Positions 39,230 to 48,053 of a DNA stretch of 48,053 nucleotides are shown here, one piece after another. Where the stretch lies: positions 1-48,053 of the forward strand of contig CAJWEP010000003.1 in assembly GCA_913030945.1 (NCBI GenBank). Reading direction: 5' to 3'. Below the pieces are notes generated by a model. It saw only the letters and a program-made list of their open reading frames with translations, had not been told where the DNA came from and did not search any database. The translations under genes were made by a program, and so were the position numbers. Every line of letters starts with the position of its first letter. The stretch's first letter is position 1. Source of the stretch: an uncultured Verrucomicrobiota bacterium. Lineage in GTDB: Bacteria > Verrucomicrobiota > Verrucomicrobiia > Limisphaerales > UBA1096.

Positions 39230-39359
39230 GACAGGGTGGGGAGAGGCTCCCCTTTTGTCGGCCGGAATGAAAGCAGTATTGCTGCAGGCGCATGAGTTGC
39301 CCCGGGGGCGTTCCCGTCCGTCATCGACGAAAAAATGGCCCTTTAATTCATCCCCAGCT

Positions 39360-39387
39360 TTGACTTGCCGGAAAAAAAGTCTAGAGT
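39360..39387 (+). promoter_or_regulatory. Putative sigma70 promoter
   Basis: TTGACT-N16-TAGAGT followed by AGGAG RBS before ATG 39412. Confidence 0.4.
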
Positions 39388-39411
39388 GGGGTAAGACAGT
39401 AGGAGAATATC

Positions 39412-40752
39412 ATGAGCCAGCATCAAGGCAAATCCGCGACAGGCAGCAACCGCAGAACGTTCATTAAGCAGGCTGCCGCGGTCACGGCCGTAGCCGGAGC
39501 GGGCAACATCATCAAGACACCGGTTTACGGCCAGAGCAAGGCACCCTCAACCGGCCGGGTGATCGGGGCCAACGACCGCGTGAACGTCGGCTTCGTCGGC
39601 GTGGGTAACCAGGGGTTCAACACCCACGTCCGCCAGATCAAGAACAACACCGGCAAGCACAACGCCCGGCCTGTCGCCGCGTGCGACGTGTTCTCCGAAT
39701 ACCGCGACCGCGCGAAGGAATTCATGGGCATCGGGTCGGGCGATGTTTACGACGACCACCGGCGACTGCTCGAGCGCAAGGACATCGACGCAGTGATCAT
39801 CGCCACAGTGGACCACTGGCACGCGCCGGTTGCCATCGACTCGATGAACGCCGGCAAGCACGTGCTGATCGAAAAGCCGATGACCCGCTACCTCAGCGAG
39901 GCGTTCGACGTGTACGACACCTGCAAGCGCACCAAGCGCGTGATGCAGATCGGCGCGGTGTTCTGCATCGAGAAAAAATGGCACCAGGCGGCGCAGCTCG
40001 TGCGCGACGGAATGATCGGCCCGCTCGTCCTCGGGCAATCCTCCTACTGCCGAAACAGCCCCAAGGGCGAGTGGAACTACACGATCAACCCAAAGCTCAC
40101 CGACAAGAGCATCGACTGGAGCCGCTGGCTTGGCCAAACCGGCAAGCGCCCGTTCAACGCCGACCACTTTTTCCGCTGGCGCAAATACCACCCGTACTGC
40201 TGCGGCATCCTCGGCGATTTGCTCGCGCAAAAGATTCATCCGCTGATGATCGCCAGCGGCAACCCGGAATTCCCAAACCGCGTTGCCTGCCTGGGCACGA
40301 AGGAGATCACCACCGACCGCGACGTGCCGGATAACACGCAGGTGCTGGCCAACTTCCCAAGCGGCTACACGCTGATGGTCGTCGGCAGCACGGTGAACCA
40401 GCAGGGTCTGCCGGAGATGCTGCGCGGCCACCACGGCACGCTCTACTTCGGCGACGACAAGGTGGACCTCAAGCCCGAGACCCCATTCGGCGACGAGATC
40501 GCCCCGGAGAGCTTCAGCGGCCTCAAGCCAAGTGGTGCGGACTTCTTCGCCGAGCACGCCGACTGGTTCAAAGTCATGCGTAACGGAGGCGAGACCCAGG
40601 GCAACATCGATCTGTCGATGCGCGCCCAAGTGGTCATCTCGCTGGCCGAGATGTCCGAGCGAATGAGCCTTACGCTATTATTCGACAAAAAGAGCCGGAA
40701 AATCACCACCGGCACCGGCCAGGAGGTGCAACCGCTCAACTACCCGGCATAA
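39412..40752 (+). CDS. Tat-exported Gfo/Idh/MocA oxidoreductase
   Basis: NRRTFIK, GANDRV, DHWH, IEKP. Confidence 0.92.
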   Translation: MSQHQGKSATGSNRRTFIKQAAAVTAVAGAGNIIKTPVYGQSKAPSTGRVIGANDRVNVGFVGVGNQGFNTHVRQIKNNTGKHNARPVAACDVFSEYRDRAKEFMGIGSGDVYDDHRRLLERKDIDAVIIATVDHWHAPVAIDSMNAGKHVLIEKPMTRYLSEAFDVYDTCKRTKRVMQIGAVFCIEKKWHQAAQLVRDGMIGPLVLGQSSYCRNSPKGEWNYTINPKLTDKSIDWSRWLGQTGKRPFNADHFFRWRKYHPYCCGILGDLLAQKIHPLMIASGNPEFPNRVACLGTKEITTDRDVPDNTQVLANFPSGYTLMVVGSTVNQQGLPEMLRGHHGTLYFGDDKVDLKPETPFGDEIAPESFSGLKPSGADFFAEHADWFKVMRNGGETQGNIDLSMRAQVVISLAEMSERMSLTLLFDKKSRKITTGTGQEVQPLNYPA

Positions 40753-40975
40753 GCCACTGGCTACAAGAGAATTACAAAGTCTCGCCAGCTGGGTGGGTGG
40801 GGGAGTTTGTGACTTGGCCAGGCGATTGGCCAAGCTTCCGATGCAGAGACAGGTTCAACCCTGCTTGGCCAAGTTTTTCCTGTTGTTTCCGTCAAAGAGC
40901 CGGTAAGTTGTCCCCGACCTGAAGACATCATCGTGATGTTTTCTGGCGTTTTCATTTATCCAAAGAACAAAAACA

Positions 40976-42358
40976 ATGACAAAGACTCCATCGAACGAGC
41001 TGACTCGCCGCAAGTTTATTTCGCATTCCTCGGCGGCGTTGGGTGCCGCCGCGTTTGGCCCCTTCATCCTCCGTGGCCAAAACCTGAACAGCAAAATCAA
41101 TGCGGCCGCCATCGGTGCTGGCGGCAAGGGCAGCAGCGACACGGATAACAACGCCCGTTGCGGTGCCAACATTGTCGCACTGTGTGACGTGGACTTGAAC
41201 AGACTCCGGGAGCGAGGGGAAAAATATCCCGGGGCCGCAACCTATCAGGACTTCCGCAAGATGCTCGAGAAGGAGAAGTCCATCGATGCCGTCTCCGTGT
41301 CCACCCCGGACCACATGCACGCTGTCGCCGCCATCACGGCCATGAAGATGGGCAAACATGTGTACGTCCAGAAACCGCTCACCCAGTCGGTCTATGAGGC
41401 ACGGGTCATGCGCAAGGTGGCCAAGGAGCAAAAGGTGGCCACACAAATGGGGAACCAGGGGAGTGCCGGCAGCGGATTGCGGCGTGCCGTGCAGGTGATT
41501 CAGTCCGGCATCATCGGGGACGTCACGGAATTGCACGTGTGGTCTAACCGGCCGATCTGGCCGCAGGGTATTGATCGTCCCAAGGGCGCCGATCCGATCC
41601 CGGAACACATCAACTGGGACATCTGGCAGGGTCCGGCTGAGCACCGCCCGTACAAGGCGGGGGTTTATCACCCGTTCAAGTGGCGCGGCTGGCAAGCGTA
41701 CGGTACCGGGGCACTGGGCGACATGGCCTGCCACACCGTCAACATGCCTTTTCGCGCGCTCAAGATGGGGTACCCAGACGTGGTCGAGGCGGAGGACTTC
41801 TCCCCGATGAACGACGAGACGTATCCGCTCAACTCCCGTCTTCGTTTCGAGTTCCCCGCCCGTGAAGGCATGGTTCCGTTGAAATTCTGGTGGTACGACG
41901 GCAAGAAAGACGGCACACAGAACCAGCCCAACAAGGACACCGCCTCGAAAATAAGAAACACCTTCGGCAACATCCGGGGAAGCGGCTGTCTGCTCATTGG
42001 CTCCAAGGGCCAAATCTACACACCGGACGACTACGGTTCCCGCTACTACATCTCCCTGAACGACGAGAAAAAATTCAAGGACAGCAGAAAACATGGGGCG
42101 GACCAGGCGATCGCGGATGACTACTGGAAGTCGCCCGGCCATAACCAGGAATGGTTCGACATGATGAACGGCGGACGCGCTGCGTACTCAAACTTCGACA
42201 ACTCCGCCTACCTGACCGAGATCATCCTGCTCGGCTGTATCGCCCTGCGGATCGGCAAAAAGAGAATGGAATGGGACGGCCCGAACATGAAGTCGCCCAA
42301 CACCCCGGAGGCGGCGCAGTTCGTCAAGCGCGACTACCTCAACGGCTACACGCTGTAA
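40976..42358 (+). CDS. Tat-exported Gfo/Idh/MocA oxidoreductase
   Basis: TRRKFI, STPDHMH, VQKP, GALGDMACH. Confidence 0.92.
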   Translation: MTKTPSNELTRRKFISHSSAALGAAAFGPFILRGQNLNSKINAAAIGAGGKGSSDTDNNARCGANIVALCDVDLNRLRERGEKYPGAATYQDFRKMLEKEKSIDAVSVSTPDHMHAVAAITAMKMGKHVYVQKPLTQSVYEARVMRKVAKEQKVATQMGNQGSAGSGLRRAVQVIQSGIIGDVTELHVWSNRPIWPQGIDRPKGADPIPEHINWDIWQGPAEHRPYKAGVYHPFKWRGWQAYGTGALGDMACHTVNMPFRALKMGYPDVVEAEDFSPMNDETYPLNSRLRFEFPAREGMVPLKFWWYDGKKDGTQNQPNKDTASKIRNTFGNIRGSGCLLIGSKGQIYTPDDYGSRYYISLNDEKKFKDSRKHGADQAIADDYWKSPGHNQEWFDMMNGGRAAYSNFDNSAYLTEIILLGCIALRIGKKRMEWDGPNMKSPNTPEAAQFVKRDYLNGYTL

Positions 42359-42387
42359 CAGAGGATTTTCCCCAACTTTCGGGAACC

Positions 42388-42420
42388 ACCCGGCCAGCCA
42401 GGCGCTGCGCCGGGTTTTTT
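42388..42420 (+). terminator. Rho-independent terminator
   Basis: ACCCGGCCAGC...GCTGCGCCGGG stem followed by TTTTTT, downstream of stop 42358. Confidence 0.7.
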
Positions 42421-42494
42421 GTGATAACCGCGAAGCCCGGTTCTGGGATAACTGCTCACCCCTTACCGCTCACTTTTAACTCCCCTCGCTTGGC

Positions 42495-43871
42495 CTACAG
42501 CTTCCAGCCGGTGCGGTATGGCGGGTCAACCAGCTTGTTGGCCGCTTCGTCGTTGGTGAATTTCATCGCCTTGGCATCCCACTCCAATCGAATACCGGTC
42601 CGACCGGTGGAGTCTTCACCCCAGGTGCGCTGAATGGCAATCATGCCAAGCAGCCCGATCTCGCTAAGCGCCCCACCATACTCGAACGGCGAACCCGCTG
42701 GCTGATTGTTCCGCACGGCCTCAAGCCAATCCTTTTGGTGACCGCCCCGCACTCGCGGAATCTTCTGATCCGGCCTACCGAACTCCTTCATCTTCGCCTC
42801 GGGGATGATCCGGCAGCCCCCTGCCCCGTGTGAGCCGTGCATGATCTTGCCCTTGTCACCGATCACGACCGCGCCGGTACCAACCACTTTGCGGTTCTCG
42901 ACCTTGAGTTCGTCGGGCCGCGGGATGGAATAATCGCCGTCGTACCAGACGACCTTCACCGGACCACGCTCGCCCTTGGCCGGAAACTCGTAGGTGATCT
43001 TCGTGCCCTTGGGATAAAACTCTTTGTGCTTTATCGGGTCATAACCTTTCGTATCCGCAGTGATCGCCGTCGGCATTCCAAGATCCAGCGCCCAATAGGA
43101 CGGATCGAGCACATGGCAAATCCAGTCGCCGATGCAGCCGCTGCCGAAGGCGGAATAACCGCGCCAGTTGAACGGCAAATAAGCCGGGTGATAGGCACGC
43201 TCAGCGGCAGGGCCAAGCCACAAGTCCCAGTCCAATCCCTTCGGCACCTCGTGCTCCTCGGTTTGCAGGGCATGCTGTTTGTTGATCTGGCAGTAGACAT
43301 TCTTGAAGGCATCGCATCCCAAGTGCACCTCGGAGACGTTCCCGATCGCCCCCGCCCAGACCAGTTCACAAAAGAAGCGGATGTGATCTGAGGAATGTCC
43401 CTGGTTGCCAACCTGAGTGATCACCTTTTTATCCAGGGCCGCCTTGCGCAGTGTGCGCACCTCGGCGACCGAGTGAGCCAGAGGCTTTTCCGAGTACACA
43501 TGTTTTCCGCGCCCGATCGCGCCCATGATGGCAACCGCGTGCGTGTGGTCCGGGGTCGCCACCAGCACGGCATCAATCTGGTCGCCCACGGCATCGTACA
43601 TTTTCCTGAAATCCTTGAATCGCTTTGCCTTCGGGAATTTCTTGAACGAGTGAGCGGCATTACGGTCATCCACATCGCACAACGCCACGATATCCTCGCC
43701 CGCCATCGCGCCGAGGTCGGCTCCGCCCCGCCCGCCGCAGCCGATGGCGGCGATGCGTATCTTGTTGTTGGGTGTGTTCTGCCCCTCGGCTGCGCGCAGC
43801 ACGTGGCTGGACACGACCTGAAAACCAAAGGCAGTCGAGGCTGACTTGAGTAGAAAAGTACGGCGTTTCAT
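42495..43871 (-). CDS. Tat-exported Gfo/Idh/MocA oxidoreductase
   Basis: KRRTFL, IGCGGRG, TPDHTH, SEKP, GDWICH. Confidence 0.92.
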   Translation of the reverse strand: MKRRTFLLKSASTAFGFQVVSSHVLRAAEGQNTPNNKIRIAAIGCGGRGGADLGAMAGEDIVALCDVDDRNAAHSFKKFPKAKRFKDFRKMYDAVGDQIDAVLVATPDHTHAVAIMGAIGRGKHVYSEKPLAHSVAEVRTLRKAALDKKVITQVGNQGHSSDHIRFFCELVWAGAIGNVSEVHLGCDAFKNVYCQINKQHALQTEEHEVPKGLDWDLWLGPAAERAYHPAYLPFNWRGYSAFGSGCIGDWICHVLDPSYWALDLGMPTAITADTKGYDPIKHKEFYPKGTKITYEFPAKGERGPVKVVWYDGDYSIPRPDELKVENRKVVGTGAVVIGDKGKIMHGSHGAGGCRIIPEAKMKEFGRPDQKIPRVRGGHQKDWLEAVRNNQPAGSPFEYGGALSEIGLLGMIAIQRTWGEDSTGRTGIRLEWDAKAMKFTNDEAANKLVDPPYRTGWKL

Positions 43872-44049
43872 GTTTATGGTAACGACTTCAAAACCTGCTG
43901 AATCGGGGGAACCCTATCCATACCGCCGTTCATGCGCAAGACAAAAAATGCGCTCCAACTAACCGGTTGACTCCCGCATTGCCGCGCCAACATACTGCCT
44001 GCCATCACGCTGCACCGCGGAAGCCGGGCCGGCACACCCAGACCATTTG

Positions 44050-44508
44050 ATGAACGAACTTCTCGCCCAGTCGACGCCGCTGCAAATCACGCTGTTCTGC
44101 CTGATCGGAGCCCTCAACACCCTGTTGGATTTCGTGATCTACAATTTGCTGACAAAAAAACTGTCGCGAATCCCCTCTAACATCCTGTCCACCAGCGTGG
44201 CGATGGCGTTCAGTTTCTCGGCCAATTTTTTTGTCTTTCAGCCCGAGGTCGTCCGCGCCCCTGAGCAGGCGGCGAAGTTCATCGCCGTGACGGCCCTTTC
44301 GCTTTACTTCATCCAGAATGTCGTCATTTATGTCACCTCCAACCTCTGGCTTCAGCCCGTGAGAACCGCGCAGGCTCTCTCGCGGAAATGCCGGTTCAGT
44401 CGCGGCTGGAGCGACGCCTTCATCAGCAAGAACACCGTCAAGCTCCTGGCCACGGTGTGCAGCATGATCTGGAATTTTCTCTGGTACAAATACTACGTTT
44501 ACCTTTGA
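44050..44508 (+). CDS. GtrA family membrane protein
   Basis: FCLIGALNTLLDF, FSANFFVF, WNFLWYKYYVY. Confidence 0.85.
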   Translation: MNELLAQSTPLQITLFCLIGALNTLLDFVIYNLLTKKLSRIPSNILSTSVAMAFSFSANFFVFQPEVVRAPEQAAKFIAVTALSLYFIQNVVIYVTSNLWLQPVRTAQALSRKCRFSRGWSDAFISKNTVKLLATVCSMIWNFLWYKYYVYL

Positions 44509-44637
44509 CCGATTGGCCAAGCGCTTGGCCTCCGATGCCGCCCCAGCCGGCACATAGGGGTTGTTTTTTGAATAATGGCCGGTAGCATCCGCGTCCGGAC
44601 ACACAGTTTTTAATCAATGAAACGAACAGCAAAAAAC

Positions 44638-46131
<1,494 letters not shown>

Positions 46132-46308
46132 ACCAGGCGCAAGATACTAGGCACTAGCCCATTATGACTTGCTACTAACGACTTGGGATTCAGGACTTGC
46201 GACCTTTTCGACGCGCTCTGGATTATCCAGCAATGCATCTGCAATCTTCATTTGTCTGGCTAAGCACGCACGCACATCATCGAGGCATATCGCCAGAGGA
46301 AACCGAGA

Positions 46309-47934
46309 ATGAATGGGCGAAATGAGAATCGACGATCGACAGAACGGCGTGGCTCTCGTCGTCAACTTTTAAAGAGCGCTGCCTGCCTCATTGCTGCCTA
46401 TTCAGCTCTTAGCCTAGTGTCCATAATAGCAGCTGACCTTGGCTCCACGCATGGAACGCAATGGTCGCCCTTTCTGCAATGGACTGTCGTCAATCCGACT
46501 TGGAGCGGCAATGCCTTCGACGTGCGGGCAACCGCCGAATTCACGCACCACCCAAGCGGGGATACGCGTCGAACGGGAATGTTCTTCATTGGCGGGAAAA
46601 CCTGGGCATTCCGGTTCACCGGCACGAGAACTGGAAAGTGGTTGTTCGTCACCTCCAGCGAAGACGAGGATCTTCGGGGGCATACCGGCAAAGTGCTGAT
46701 TTTGCCAAATTCTCGTGCTGACGCACACGGATTCCTCAGGAAGTTTGGGAATAAATGGGGCTGGGAGGGAACCGAAAACGTCATCGTCCCACAGTTGGTG
46801 ATGTGGGATTACATCGTTGGCAGCAGCAACCCACGTATGTTTCACAACAAGCCGGACCTGGTGAAACGCAAGATTGAGCAGTTCATCGTGGATCACGGCT
46901 TCGGCGGTTTCCACGTTCCAGTGATCGGCGGACGTTGGTTTGATTTCGACGCCACCAGCGATCGAGTCGAGTCGACGATGGCGAATCCTGCCATCCCCAC
47001 CTTTGAAGCCTTGGAGTTGCTGATCACCAAGACCCATAAAGCCGGTGGCCTAGTTCATATCTGGCCTTGGGGAGATCATTCCCGTTCACAGACACCCAAA
47101 AGTCTGACCGGCGGAATTGGCGGTGTGATTGACGAGCGTTTGCAACGCTACATTGCTGCGCGACTGGGTCCCGTGCCCGGCTGGAGCATGGGTTATGGAT
47201 TCGACCTGGATGAATGGGTTGTGGCAAGCCAGGTGAAGGCCTGGCGGGACTCGATACACGGCCACATGGGTTGGAGCCACTTTCTGGGTGGCCGACCTGT
47301 GGGACCAAACCACGGCACTGATCACGCCGATAACGTCGCATGGAACAAGGAACTAGACTACAGCAGCTATGAACACCACAGACCGACCTACGAGGTCTAC
47401 CTGGCCGCCTTGAAGGCAATCCCTGGTCAGCCGGTCATGTCGGAAGATCGTTTCCGCATCCGTAGTGTAGGTCGGTATAGGATGAAGGATTACAGCGAAG
47501 AGCTCACGCGCCGTGGCCTTTATCACTCGACCATGGCTGGCGGTGTGGCCAATATCTGGGGAACCCAACCAGAGCATAGCCCAGACGGCGTCTATTCCAA
47601 CAAAGACCAGATCAAGACCTATTCGGTCTTTTTTCATGGGAAGGACCGATTCCTGGCGGACATGGTACCCGCAAACCAAATGAGCGCTGATACCGACACG
47701 CGTATCCTCCTAAGTCGACGAACCCAAAGTCTTTGCCTATACCGTGAGACTGCTGCGACCATACACGTCGACCTTACGGATATGCTAGGCCCACAACCGG
47801 TGGTTGCAGTCGACACAAAAAAGCCGTACCGGGAAATCGATCTGGGCAACCTGCAACCGAAGGCCCAGACGATCAGGCTACCGATGGTTTCAGATTGGGT
47901 TCTGGCGGTGGGAAATTTCAAGATTGAGCGTTAG
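46309..47934 (+). CDS. DUF5060-like N-terminal domain + putative glycoside hydrolase-like barrel; exported
   Basis: GNAFDV..AEFTH.SG...F..GG.TWAFRF...G.W.F.TSS.D.DL.G.TG pattern; RRQLLK followed by hydrophobic stretch; lower GC and different codon usage. Confidence 0.6.
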   Translation: MNGRNENRRSTERRGSRRQLLKSAACLIAAYSALSLVSIIAADLGSTHGTQWSPFLQWTVVNPTWSGNAFDVRATAEFTHHPSGDTRRTGMFFIGGKTWAFRFTGTRTGKWLFVTSSEDEDLRGHTGKVLILPNSRADAHGFLRKFGNKWGWEGTENVIVPQLVMWDYIVGSSNPRMFHNKPDLVKRKIEQFIVDHGFGGFHVPVIGGRWFDFDATSDRVESTMANPAIPTFEALELLITKTHKAGGLVHIWPWGDHSRSQTPKSLTGGIGGVIDERLQRYIAARLGPVPGWSMGYGFDLDEWVVASQVKAWRDSIHGHMGWSHFLGGRPVGPNHGTDHADNVAWNKELDYSSYEHHRPTYEVYLAALKAIPGQPVMSEDRFRIRSVGRYRMKDYSEELTRRGLYHSTMAGGVANIWGTQPEHSPDGVYSNKDQIKTYSVFFHGKDRFLADMVPANQMSADTDTRILLSRRTQSLCLYRETAATIHVDLTDMLGPQPVVAVDTKKPYREIDLGNLQPKAQTIRLPMVSDWVLAVGNFKIER

Positions 47935-48053
47935 GTGAGGTAAAGAATTGAAAGCTGAAGGCAACTAAACCAACCCACTCCACCACCTGAACGCCTTGGG
48001 GTTTTGGTTCTACGGCAACGGAGTGATTTTCTCGTATATCGCTGACTCTTCCA

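Larger units (their letters stand above)
755..40873. repeat. Dispersed highly iterated palindrome CTTGGCCAAG (extended GCGCTTGGCCAAGCGC)
   Basis: Exact 10-mers start at 755, 823, 1004, 5582, 5635, 8766, 10283, 11694, 11810, 13468, 15942, 16932, 19594, 19919, 21011, 21092, 26234, 27300, 27614, 35130, 37046, 37328, 37700, 38630 and 40864, plus many 1-mismatch copies. Confidence 0.95.

Noticed and set aside
755-40873. CRISPR array or classic REP/BIME explanation for the repeats
   Set aside because: Copies are 10-16 bp, irregularly spaced and mostly intragenic, with no spacers, cas genes or RAYT gene in the window
47935-48053. tRNA or other RNA gene at the window end
   Set aside because: No cloverleaf or T-loop consensus could be supported; possibly the 3' end of a minus-strand gene, but too short to call

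Overview
This is a GC-rich bacterial chromosomal window. The gene content points to a PVC-superphylum organism, probably Verrucomicrobiota (inference from a TIGR04138/Minf_1886-like protein, planctomycete-type cytochrome c domains and many Tat-exported Gfo/Idh/MocA proteins). Housekeeping genes are purB (partial), recR-ybaB-dnaX, rpmE-prfA, hisS, leuS, ilvD, lnt, nadA and frr. There is also a CzcCBA-type heavy-metal RND system, a partial Bat (DUF58/vWA) cluster, six Gfo/Idh/MocA oxidoreductases, two PVC-type cytochrome c multidomain proteins and several decayed remnants (IS1202/ISNCY-like element, YefM antitoxin). The most striking unexplained signal is a highly iterated palindrome, CTTGGCCAAG, often extended to (GC)GCTTGGCCAAGC(GC). 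I counted 25 exact copies by eye against well under 1 expected by chance. They lie inside genes (read as LAK or LGQ) and just after stop codons, and some copies are tandem or carry GACC/GGTC core variants. It resembles a HIP1- or DUS-like system with a motif I do not recognise from the literature. Other highlights are a CxxC + RAPP/RAPS (CruR/CutF/DUF2946-like) leader ORF upstream of the czc operon, an unannotated 51-aa membrane protein coupled to leuS, and an IS remnant that appears to have inserted at a palindrome copy. All counts and coordinates were obtained by hand; no database searches were run.
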